This document shows positions 24,501 through 34,881 of a DNA stretch of 64,000 nt, piece by piece. Numbering within the stretch: the first letter of the stretch is position 1; each line of letters starts with the position of its first letter. The notes beneath the pieces were generated by a model. The model made no database searches. It saw nothing but the letters and a program-made list of their open reading frames with translations, and had not been told where the DNA came from. The stretch comes from Dimorphilus gyrociliatus. Its lineage: Eukaryota; Animalia; Annelida. The DNA lies in assembly GCA_904063045.1 (NCBI GenBank), contig CAJFCJ010000031.1:219105-283104 (forward strand), read 5' to 3'. Made by a program: the position numbers and the translations under genes.

Positions 24501-26435
24501 GTGAATGATTGCAACAAAGTATATTTTGAGAAAAAGAATGAATGCTAATGGAAAAAATCGTTTCTTTCTAGTTTAGTGTTTAGGAAATGAAAATAGCAGT
24601 AAAAAATGTAAGAAATAGAAAAATAAAGCACTCTCCGGAATAGGGATTTAATTTATGGGATTTAATCACTTCCTTTCTGAAAAACAGTAATAATTAATGC
24701 ACCGGCGGATTAATGAGCCCGCTAGATGACAGTAACAACAAGGCTATTGCGATTAATCCTATTTTTAAATCTGGAAAATTTTTTGTCTATTTATCATGAC
24801 AAAATTGACAAACAAAATTGTAGTTTTAGCTCATTTGTTTGTTTGTTTAAAAAGAGAATAGCAGAAGATGAAATGATAGAAAAGCGACGTTATATTGTAT
24901 ATACAGTATATTCTTTTGTAATTGAACCACGTAGAACATCTTAGTATTGAATTTCAGGCAGAAATAGCTTCTCATTTCATAAGAAACTAAATAGAAACAA
25001 AGCATCCAGATAGTGGAACCTTTCATTTCCGACAGTACTAACATGACCGTCCACTAATTTGCAGAAGTTTTTCCATTGCTATTAATCTAGAAGATAACAA
25101 TTCTCGAGATATAAATTCATCTTTTACTTATGTAATTGTAACCGATTGCTCTCAGGAATCTTTCAAAAGTAGCCGCTTAAATAGCTTCCGGTTAAATCCA
25201 GTGGAATAATAGCATTGATAGGAGGTAAAGGGAAGGGTTATCCTTGATAAATTACACCATCACCAGAATTCAATACTCCGGAAGCTTGTAGAAATTACTT
25301 TTCGAAGTATTTTTTTTAAACTTTGGCAAATAGAGTCAACCTTTTTATAATTTCAATTTTTTAAGAAAGATCAACTGAATAAAGAGAAAAAAGCTGATTA
25401 CTTTTTACTTAAAAATCAAGATAATCCGATTTCCTATCGTTAGAATGAATATTTTCCGTTCGCTGTTTTCACATTGTACTTTTGCAGTACACACTCGTAT
25501 ACATATATTTCAATACAAAAAGTTTTATATAAAATATCAATCTATTATTTCATCTGTACTAGAATTGTACCAACTTTAGTGCTAGGATCAATTCGAATAT
25601 AATCTCCTTTCCTTCTTTGTCTGCATTATACTAAAAAAATATGTCTGTATGGTGATATTTGTATTAAATATAAATCCTATTAGCTTTATTGAAGACTGTA
25701 TTCTGTATTTAGGCATCAACTTAATATAAACAACTTACATTTAAATATTTCAGTTTTATACTTTTTATACTGCAAAAGAGAAAGGTTTAATTAATTAAGT
25801 TGCGGTTTCAAATCTTAAAAAAGCTCTTATTCTTCATAAAAAGAAAATACAGACATAGTTTAATTATTTAACAACTTTTTCAAAGTTTTTCCTATTATTA
25901 TAAATACTAAATATAAGTATATTAAAAAGAAAAATTGCACATAAATCGTATGATCCACTAACTAACTAGATTTCTGGGTAAAATATGAATAATTTTAATA
26001 TTTTTTTGTAATATGAAATATCTGAAAATATATATAATTGAATATGTCTTATTTATTGTTAAAGACAATGTTTATTTTTTATTAAAATCATCATTATAGT
26101 GTAAAAAAATACTTGGCGGGTTCCTCTCCTCTAGTACATCTTTCACCCAGTTTAAACTGGTAGCGCCCAATTCGAACAATTCTTTTATTTTGTTAAACAA
26201 CAATTGCAAAAGTTTGTTTTTTTTTCATTGTCTTATCTTATCCATTTCAAAAGTTCAAATTCTGTATTATGCATGATATTTGTATAATTTTAATATAGCA
26301 TTGTTTAATTGCTGACTAGTTTCATTAACGAGGGCGTATACTCTGATAAGAAAATGTTTACTCTTTCCTTTTCTATTCTATTGTTCCGAAACATTAGTTA
26401 AACAAAAGAACTTATTTATTTATTGCAGCCTTAAT

Positions 26436-27956
26436 ATGTCTAATGAACAAGAAATCCCCGACCGAATGTATGGTTTGGTGAAAACAAAAGATGAAATAGG
26501 TTATGATTTTGATGAAAATATGATTGTCCCACATCCCATTGAAGATGAAGTGTTAATTAAGGTATCATACTTGCCTTCATAATATGTTAAATTAAATTTG
26601 TTTTCATTACGATCACGCAATTTGTTTGCTTCTCTAAAAATAAATATAAGTACAGGTAGAGTCTGTGTCCTTGTGCGGTAGTGATCTAGTTCTATGGAAT
26701 TGGACCGATGCTGCTAAGGTTATTGCATCAATTCCATTTACCCCAGGCCACGAATGTTGCGGAACAGTTGTCAAATGCGGACCCGAATCAAAGCTTCAGG
26801 TAGGAAGAATAATAAAACTTCTCCACCCTAATTAATAATTTTAACGAATCATCATTTCGCTCTTATACCTTTTGAGTAAATCTTCCACAGATCGGTGATC
26901 GAGTTGCGGTGGAGAATCATTTTTTTTGCGGTAAATGCCATCAGTGTAAGCATGATAGAGGAGATATTTGCAGTGATATGGGACAGTACGGCCATGGAAA
27001 AAAAACTCCGTACGGCGGCTGCTCGCAATATTCAATCGTATCCTCCAAGTATTGCTATAAATTAGGCAACATAATAAGTTGGTAGAGCATTGAAATATTT
27101 CAAACACATCAAATATTATCCACTAAAAATAGATGCTGATGAAGCTGCTTTATTAGAGCCTTTGGGTGTTGCTCACAATGCCGTTGAGAATTTAGGTGAC
27201 TTGAATAGGGAAGATGTCCTGATTATTGGTGCTGGTCCTATTGGGCTTATGGCAATTCCCTGCGTTAAAAGTTGCGGGGCAAACAGGTGTAAATACAATT
27301 TATATACAGGTATATATTGTATTTGTTTAATAATACATAAATATTTTTGTTAAAAAGAGTCATCATATGCGATATAAACGAGAAAAGACTACAGTTTGCC
27401 AAGGAGATGGGCGCCGATCACGTGATTAATACTAATCATCAAAATCTTTCAGAGGTAAGATGGATACTACGAAAAACATTTATACTTGACATGCAAAATA
27501 CTGATAAATGCCTAAGATCTGTCCTATTTATTCAGTCTATATCTCAACTGACAAACGGAGATGGAATTGGCCGATTGATAGAATGTAGCGGAGCAGTGCA
27601 AATAGCTTCTATTATGTTTCAGCTAGTGAGAAAGGGAGGCCACATTGTACTAGTAGGTCTCGTCAAGCAGCCGTTAATTATCGAAAATTATATGCGTGAT
27701 TTAGGTTCGTATATTGTATCATATCACTAAAAACTAATAGTTATTATATCTTTAATTAGTTTTTAAGTCAATTCAAATTCGTGGCATTCACGGAAGAAGA
27801 ATATTTCATACTTGGCGCGAAACTGAGAAACTAGTGGAATCGAAACGCGTTGACATATCGAAGCTAATTTCTCATAAATTCCAATTTAAAGATTATAAGA
27901 AAGCGTTCGAAATCCTACTAAGTGGAGAAGCTCATAAAATTATCCTTACCCCGTAA
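26436..27956 (+). CDS. TDH: Zinc-dependent L-threonine 3-dehydrogenase of the MDR superfamily (bacterial/archaeal Tdh type), 357 aa. Seven exons: 26436-26561, 26656-26799, 26891-27077, 27133-27286, 27358-27454, 27536-27704, 27760-27956 (stop TAA 27954-27956).
   Basis: The spliced protein contains catalytic-zinc motifs CGSDLVLW...GHECCGTVV and the structural-zinc tetrad C-G-K-C-H-Q-C-x7-C. E. coli Tdh has CGHCRNCRGGRTHLC. The Rossmann motif is VLIIGAGPIGLMA. The C-terminus VFKSIQIRGIHGRRIFHTWRETEKLVES matches E. coli [28 protein letters not shown], and KLGNIINADEAALLEPLG matches KIPDNISDDLAAIFDPFG. All six introns are 72-95 bp with GT-AG and consistent phases. Confidence 0.8.
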
Positions 27957-28057
27957 TATTCAAAGGGATCAGTATCTGATTTTCATGTATTGATAATGGA
28001 AAAACTATAGCAAGATAATAAAAGTGAATAAGTAAATAGTGAATTTTCTTGATCTTG

Positions 28058-29242
28058 TTAATTGGGGTCTTGTTCTTGTTTTAATATTGCATCGATAAAA
28101 GTGCTCTTTTCATCCATCAAGAAACCTCTATCCAAGTCCCCTTGTTGATTTTCTCTTTGTTTCCTCTGTCGCTGTTGCCTCATACGTTGGGCCCTCTCCG
28201 CTGAATAGCCGTGATTTATTTCGTTTAAATCTCTTTGCTGATAAAAAGTAAGACTCAATCTCTTCGGTAATAAGCTGTTAGGTTTTGTGAGAGCAGTTGT
28301 AGCATGAGTTTCATATTTAGAATATTCAATTAGAACAGATCCGTTTGTTAGCTCTAATCCTAAACCTCCTACCGAACCCCCTGGAGTTGTACTGTAATGG
28401 GACAGTATGTGCAACTGCTCTGGCTTACGTTTCAATGGCACTAACGTATAGATAACCGAACAACCTTCATCCATATTCCAAAAATCCTGATGAGTATGGG
28501 CAGAATAATCCATATTAATGTTTACAGTTGAATAAGGTCTTTCAGATCCAAAGCCAATTCGACAATTATTATTCAGTTTAACCATATTTGCGAAGCATTT
28601 GGGAACAAGATCTTTTTGAATCTCAGCGACATCTTTTGCACATTCATTAATAAGTTGGGCAACTTCTCTAGGTAAATTACCATATTTTTTCATATCCCTA
28701 TTTTGGGCTTGAGCAAACCCACAACCTTCTAGATATGGTGAATAAGAGCAGCCTACGGTATAGCTTCTACCTTTAAATTTTTCAAACACTCCTTGGCAAG
28801 AGCAGGTTCTTGAACGATTCCAAGTACAAGCTCTAGGCCTTTCAAGCTTACTATTGCACATATTGGCACATAACATACCAAAGAGTAATTTTTGGTCGTA
28901 ATAGGAAAACTCGTTTTCCCATTGAACAATTGCAATTATAAATAGGGAGTATTTACAAGTATGATATGGCCTTTTTCGATATAGTATAAGTAATTGTTCA
29001 TGATCACTCTCATTTTCGTTTTTAGAAAGAACTTCAAGAGCTTTGGGACAACCTTTTCCGTCAACTCCAACATACTTTTTATAGTAAACTGGAATTAGCC
29101 TTGCTTTTCTTTCCTCAAATATTTCACTTAGATCTTCTTCATTTTTTCCGTGGCCCAAATGAAAATATATATTACCTTCCAACAATTCAGTATTAATATT
29201 ACAATCGCAGGGAGGTATACTAGCGTTTCGGATGAAGGACAT
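28058..29242 (-). CDS. TET: Minimal TET/JBP-family 5-methylcytosine dioxygenase of 394 aa, intronless. It comprises the Cys-rich domain plus the double-stranded beta-helix with a very short low-complexity insert, and has no CXXC domain.
   Basis: Alignment to the human TET2 catalytic domain from memory. PTCDCVEQ...GPFYTHLGAG matches PPCDCNINTELLEGNIYFHLGHG. AGHTCEAAVIVILILVWEG matches RPYHTCKYSLFIIAIVQWEN. RRCALNEERTCACQG matches RACTWNRSRTCSCQG. SFGCSWSMYYNGCKFARS matches TVGCSYSPYLEGCGFAQA. The Fe-binding HxD AHAHRDLHNM matches AHTHQDFWNM, and EQLHVLPLY matches EQLHILSHY. The distal His and 2OG Arg [36 protein letters not shown] match GSVLIEYSKYETHATTALTKPNSLLPKRLSLTFYQQ. There is an in-frame stop 27 nt upstream of the ATG. 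Confidence 0.85.
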   Translation of the reverse strand: MSFIRNASIPPCDCNINTELLEGNIYFHLGHGKNEEDLSEIFEERKARLIPVYYKKYVGVDGKGCPKALEVLSKNENESDHEQLLILYRKRPYHTCKYSLFIIAIVQWENEFSYYDQKLLFGMLCANMCNSKLERPRACTWNRSRTCSCQGVFEKFKGRSYTVGCSYSPYLEGCGFAQAQNRDMKKYGNLPREVAQLINECAKDVAEIQKDLVPKCFANMVKLNNNCRIGFGSERPYSTVNINMDYSAHTHQDFWNMDEGCSVIYTLVPLKRKPEQLHILSHYSTTPGGSVGGLGLELTNGSVLIEYSKYETHATTALTKPNSLLPKRLSLTFYQQRDLNEINHGYSAERAQRMRQQRQRKQRENQQGDLDRGFLMDEKSTFIDAILKQEQDPN

Positions 29243-29618
29243 GGCTAATTTGCCGAGTGGAATAACAAGAAATTAAAAGAACTCATTTAATTAATACTAA
29301 TTTTGTTAAGCATAACTCAGGAAAAAACTTTTATACTACTATTTAAAGGTAAAAATTTCATATTGTAGATGGCGCTATAAGTAGGTTGAAAATATTTTAT
29401 CGTTAAAATAGTAATTTTAAATAAATTTTATCAGAAATAAAGTTTTAAAATCTAATGGAAAAAATATATTTTTTATATTTTTGGTATAAAAATTCAAAAT
29501 ACGAAAATAATATTTAAAGAAAAAAAAAGCAGTCAACTGACATCGCAATATCATATCCAATAAAGGCGATTGTTTTTTTCATTGGTGACAATCTTCCTGG
29601 TTTTTATATACATTGAAT
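29243..29618. promoter_or_regulatory. A 376-bp bidirectional promoter shared by head-to-head TET (minus, ATG 29242) and UBE2M (plus, ATG 29619).
   Basis: Divergent start codons sit 376 bp apart. The interval contains an inverted CCAAT box (CATTGGTGACAATC at ~29580) and an A/T-rich core. Confidence 0.5.
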
Positions 29619-30374
29619 ATGATTAAATTATTCTCATTACGAAATCAAGAGAAAGAAGGCAATGATAGTAAATCCGGGAGAGTTAATCAGAAGAAAGTAT
29701 CAGCAGCCGTTCTAAGAGTCCAGAAGGGTATGAAATTTCAAGTCATATTAAATACTTTTATCAAACTCTTTTAATGTATAAATTGTAGATTTAAACGATC
29801 TAAATCTTCCTAAAACGTGTAAAGTTGATTTTCCGGACCCAGACGATCTCCTAAACTTTAAATTGACATTAATACCCGACGAAGGCTTCTATCGTGGAGG
29901 AAAGTTTGTATTCTCTTTCAAAATTCCACCAGGATATCCTCATGAAGCACCCAAAGTAAAATGTGAAACCATGGTATACCATCCAAACATTGATTTGCAA
30001 GGCAATATATGCTTAAATATTCTCAGGTATTTCATGATATATAGTTATGACCTTCTACTCTTGTACTAAAACAATTAATCTAATTTATTCAGGGAGGATT
30101 GGAAGCCTGTTCTTAACCTTCACTCTGTTATTGTTGGGATACAGTTCTTATTTCTGGTATAGTATTACTCAAATAAAATATTGCACACATTTAGTCATTA
30201 TTAATACTTGATTATTCATCATTTAAATAGGAACCTAACCCTCATGACCCCTTAAACGAAAATGCTGCCGAAATGCTAAAAACAAACCAGCGGATGTTTG
30301 AACAGAACATCTTCAAGTCAATGAGAGGTGGTTATATCGGAAGTACATACTTCGAACGCTGTCTCCTTAAATAG
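29619..30374 (+). CDS. UBE2M: NEDD8-conjugating enzyme UBC12 (UBE2M), 184 aa. Four exons: 29619-29727, 29789-30026, 30093-30156, 30231-30374 (stop TAG 30372-30374).
   Basis: The spliced protein is [184 protein letters not shown]. It is near-collinear with human UBE2M (MIKLFSLKQQKK...[14 protein letters not shown]...[23 protein letters not shown]...[16 protein letters not shown]). The active-site Cys lies in [15 protein letters not shown]. Confidence 0.95.
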
Positions 30375-30389
30375 AGAAATCGCCACCTT

Positions 30390-30395
<6 letters not shown>

Positions 30396-30433
<38 letters not shown>
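30396..30433. repeat. (AT)19 microsatellite in the UBE2M 3' flank.
   Basis: TCAATATATATATATATATATATATATATATATATATATATATGTAG read directly. Confidence 0.9.
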
Positions 30434-30438
<5 letters not shown>

Positions 30439-30726
30439 AAGGAGAAATGGTCGAGTGCCATTTAACATTTGGCTATTTTCGTATAATCTAAATGGTTTTA
30501 CAATTTATAGTTCAAATCATGCAGATAGGCGTTTCAGTTGTGCGATTTTCTAATACAAAAATTTATTATATTGCGTATGCTAAAACTATTTTTAATATTA
30601 TTAATTAATGTGAAATGAAATGCAGCGTGTTTGAATATGTCATTCTGTGTATTGGTTTTTTTTTTTGTTTCTCTTTTTTTTATAATAAGAAAGTTATAAA
30701 GTTCAAAATATCCATTTTTATTCTAT

Positions 30727-33276
30727 CTATTCTTCTGGGACATTTGAGTTTGTGGGAACGATGGCTCCGCCTCCGATTAATCCATTTGCAGTATTGAAAA
30801 GATTAATTGGACTATTTCCATCAGTGATTAAAGTTGATTTGATGCCAAGACCTTGCAATAACTTAGCTTGCATCTCTGGTCCAGCGACGGCGATTGCCCT
30901 GATGGTATCAGCTCCGATAGCATCAATCATTCTCTTGAATTTTTCTACTTCAATATCAGCCAATTCTTTTGCTCTAGATATTTCAAGTCCATTAGATTCT
31001 TTTGTATATTGAAGGGCTTGAGTCAATCTTTCTAATTCAGCATCAGCCTCGATCTTCAATGCTTTAGCCTTCAGTTCAGCTTGTTCCACATTGGCTTCTG
31101 AATCGATTCGGATAGCTTCAGCTCGGCTCTCAGCCTCTGCCTTTGCCTGTCCTCTGGCTTCTACAGCGGCAGACTGAGCTTGAAGCTCTAGCAGATTCTT
31201 CTTTGACTTTTCTACCTCAGCTTCGTCTTGGATTCTCTGTCTTTCTAATTTACCCTTAGCTTCTTGTTCTAATCTCTCTGCCTCTTGTCTGGCAGTAGCT
31301 TCTTGGGCTGCAACAGTGATTTCAATTGCCAATTGTACGGATTTTTGTAAAGCATCCCTCGTCCTTTGATCAACCGGTTCTACCGACTGAATATCGATAC
31401 TAGTAACAACGAGATTATTTTGTTTAAAGAGGAAGGATTCACCAATTTTGTTATTTTCTGTGTAACCGAAAACTGATCCACGGATGATGCGAGCAGAATT
31501 TTTGTGGAAATCATCAAATTGTACACTAGCAACAGCTCCTCTAATACGCGAGGCCATTGCTTTACAAGCATCACCAACGAAATCTGGTACGCTAAAAATC
31601 TTGGCGACATCTTGTTCATTGTCTTTCTGAACTTCAAAGTGCCAATTGTAACTAAGTTGAAGTTGAAGTCTGGCGTGATCAGCCGTTTCAACAACAATAA
31701 TATCTGTACAAAAGTCAGGTCCCAAGAGGAGACAGAGACTCTTTATAACATTTGGTTTCTTGGGTTTCCCTCCAGAAAGAGATAATTGTGTGAATTGTTC
31801 ATCAGGATCAAGCATGACCAATTCAGGTCCGAAAATAATTCTAGCTTTTTTCTGCTTATAATCGTATATTTGTACGGCGGCGTTGTGAGGAACTCGGAAA
31901 GTGACTACTCTAGTTTTATCTCTTGGTTTCCCCTCTACACCAGTGGATCTTCTATCAGATCGGTCTGCAATAGGATCTTTACCAGTGGTCAATAGACCCT
32001 CAACTACTGGGGGTAATTTCTTTTCCCAAAGTTCCTCATCTTGTGTAAGCATATAAGTACCGCTGGTGACAGCTCTAACTTTTCCGTTCTTAATATTTCT
32101 CACATAGATACCTTCATTCTCATCCAAAGGTATGGCAGTTCTCTTGGTTACTACCTCTACTTCAACTGGTGGCATATATTCGACAGGTCCTCTAATCATC
32201 CACTTATCACCTGGTTGCCTGGTAACATCGCCATCTTGAAATAATTCGTTGGATTTCAAAATCACACCTTCGTTTTCTCCTAAAACGTATACATTTTGAA
32301 CACCCTTTTCCAGCGATTCTCCAGGTAAAAGGAAGAAACTTTTTTCTCCTCTGACTAGCTTCTTTTTGCCTAATTGAGGCTTGTTATGTTCATCAACAGG
32401 ATCTAGTATCACACAGTATTGGCGGTTTGTTAAAGTTGTAATATCTACAAAACCCATAACTTTTTCGTATACGTGTGGTATATGAGTTTCAGTGTCAGAT
32501 AACTTGATAAGCCATTCTTCTCCGTTTTTTCTTGTGACATTAAAGTCGTCTTTAAACGTACGACTGGCCTGCATATGTAGAGCTCTCTTTTCGCTCAATA
32601 CGTAAGCGTTGACGACATCAACAACTTCCTCGTAAACGCCAGGAAGATAGGCGCCCGTATTCTTTACTAACCATTCTTCTCCCGTAACTCTATTAATGCC
32701 TTCGAAATCCTCACATTCCTTTCTAGCTCTAAGTTTCAAGGCTTGATTAGGCATAATAACAGTTGCTCTAATAGTTTCATCAACGACAACTTCTTTTCTT
32801 GGGATATAAGTTCCCGGTCCCTTGAAAAGCCATTCATCACCGGCAATTCTTTTCTTTCCTTCCCCATCAGTAAAATCCAAGACAGCTCTCAATCTAAGAG
32901 CAGAGTTTGCAACCACAATAGTAAGGGGCTTTACTGGCTGTAATAAAACTTCTCCAGGGTACAAGGGGAAAGGATCTTGAGTTAGACGAATTTCTTTATC
33001 GGCATGAGCCAACTTTACTTGACCATATCCGTCTAAGATTACTTCACCATCGCCATTTCTTTGAACAGGATTTTCAATAATACAATATTGTCTTGGAGGA
33101 ACTGTTATCATTCGTTCCGGTCCCAATACGACCCTTTCATTATCTTGTCTAATGTATGTTTTTGGACCAACCTCAATTCGAGATACATTGGTATTTTGAT
33201 CCAAAACATGCAAATAGAAATAGGGAGGAATACGGAAGAGAGAATTATCTTCCTGTACAGTTTTTCGGAGAGACAT
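30727..33276 (-). CDS. MVP: Major vault protein (MVP), 849 aa, a single uninterrupted ORF (intronless).
   Basis: The ORF-track ORF is collinear with human MVP from memory. [37 protein letters not shown] matches [36 protein letters not shown]. Vault repeats carry [23 protein letters not shown] and the shoulder [12 protein letters not shown]. The cap-helix region has [39 protein letters not shown]...[23 protein letters not shown]...[32 protein letters not shown]. Confidence 0.95.
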   Translation of the reverse strand: MSLRKTVQEDNSLFRIPPYFYLHVLDQNTNVSRIEVGPKTYIRQDNERVVLGPERMITVPPRQYCIIENPVQRNGDGEVILDGYGQVKLAHADKEIRLTQDPFPLYPGEVLLQPVKPLTIVVANSALRLRAVLDFTDGEGKKRIAGDEWLFKGPGTYIPRKEVVVDETIRATVIMPNQALKLRARKECEDFEGINRVTGEEWLVKNTGAYLPGVYEEVVDVVNAYVLSEKRALHMQASRTFKDDFNVTRKNGEEWLIKLSDTETHIPHVYEKVMGFVDITTLTNRQYCVILDPVDEHNKPQLGKKKLVRGEKSFFLLPGESLEKGVQNVYVLGENEGVILKSNELFQDGDVTRQPGDKWMIRGPVEYMPPVEVEVVTKRTAIPLDENEGIYVRNIKNGKVRAVTSGTYMLTQDEELWEKKLPPVVEGLLTTGKDPIADRSDRRSTGVEGKPRDKTRVVTFRVPHNAAVQIYDYKQKKARIIFGPELVMLDPDEQFTQLSLSGGKPKKPNVIKSLCLLLGPDFCTDIIVVETADHARLQLQLSYNWHFEVQKDNEQDVAKIFSVPDFVGDACKAMASRIRGAVASVQFDDFHKNSARIIRGSVFGYTENNKIGESFLFKQNNLVVTSIDIQSVEPVDQRTRDALQKSVQLAIEITVAAQEATARQEAERLEQEAKGKLERQRIQDEAEVEKSKKNLLELQAQSAAVEARGQAKAEAESRAEAIRIDSEANVEQAELKAKALKIEADAELERLTQALQYTKESNGLEISRAKELADIEVEKFKRMIDAIGADTIRAIAVAGPEMQAKLLQGLGIKSTLITDGNSPINLFNTANGLIGGGAIVPTNSNVPEE

Positions 33277-34881
33277 CTTACAGTGTTTTCAAAAGAAGCT
33301 GGCTGAAGAATGAATTATATGCAGCCCGGCCGTCAATAAAGAGCAAAAAATTATCTTGATTGTGAAATTTTACTTTTTGAATAATCGCTCAAAATGTTTA
33401 AGAAATAATTGTACAAGTGATGTTTTTTCAAAAAAGTGACTCATCAGTCTGTCTAGCTGAGTTGGCGCCTCAGTCGCTTGCACAACTCTTACAAATTACC
33501 TTTAGGCCTATCGTCATAGCAACTTCAATAATTTCGAATATAATCAATTTATCTGGACTTCACTTGACAGACAAGAAGTATTATTTAAATAACTTATTAC
33601 TGTTCAACAATGCTTTGTCTGGAAATGAGAGAGAGAGAGAGGGAAACCTATTTCTTTAATGTTGAATCACTCTTATCTTACATTTTAGAAAGAGTAGATA
33701 TCGCTGTGTTTAATCAGCAAAATTTTCAATTTATGACACGTTGTCTCAAAAAAAAATACTTATTTAGTAAATTTTGCAGTAAGTCTACAGTAATTTGCAT
33801 ATTAACAATACTCCTTGCAATAAAACTCTTTGAAGAGTTATGCCCTTCACCTTCAAATTCACAATAATTCCTAACAAATACTGTAAAAATGTTCTATAAA
33901 ACTTGACAGGCCAAAATAAGCTGTACAAAAAAAATAGCTATTAAACTTAGGAAAATAACCTGTGATGATTAATAATTCTTTAAAGAATATTACTAAATAT
34001 CTATATTTCATTACAAATCTAATGAAATATCGTGCAATAATTCCTCGAGAATATTCTTTAAAAGAATTGCTCGAAATTCGATTCTTTTTCTTATTTATAT
34101 TGTTTGAGCACATTATACTAACATTATATTAAGTATTAAATTTAGTTTGAGTGTATAATAATTTCAAAATATCAGAAACAGCCTCATTTTGAAATATGAT
34201 AAGAATGTTTATTAATTTATAGAGGCATTTATATTCGAACGAAAAATCACCGAAAAAGCATATAAAAAATAAAGTAACTGTATTAAAAAAAAAACAAGGA
34301 AGTTTATAATTACGAAAAGTTATATTGAAAACAAATTGAAAAAATATGTAAACAGTAATCGATAATAAAGGAAAAAAGATTAAATATTCTAAGTGGGCGT
34401 AAAAGATAAAAAAAATATAAAGCAAAAGAGAATAAAAATACAATGTTAAATGACAAATGAAACATATTAGTAGCACCATGTATATATAAAAAAGAATAGA
34501 GATAGTTCACAGAATGATTAGAGTGGAAAAACACCCCCTAAACGACTGTTAGTAGAATTGATAATCTGATGAGGTTAACACAGTTTAGAAACAGATATTG
34601 ATAATAAACAAAAGTTTTTTTTTGAGAATTCTTTCAAAGAGTTACTGAATTCAAAACGAATGGTATTGTATAGTATAAAATAAAACAACAGATCAACATT
34701 TGCATTGGGTAAAGATATTGAGAGAGAGAGTGGGGAGTATTTATTAAAGGGAATGAGCAAAATAATACTGCATAAAAGAGATAAATTGTTAGCTCTCTTT
34801 ATCTTAACATATACATATATATTTATACTAATTTAGATGATAATAGAAGTGTATTCTTTTTATTATATAGGGGAATTCGTG

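Noticed and set aside
28753-28935. A 60-aa minus-strand ORF nested inside the TET coding region in another frame.
   Set aside because: It is an alternative-frame artefact. The TET frame has continuous homology across this span.
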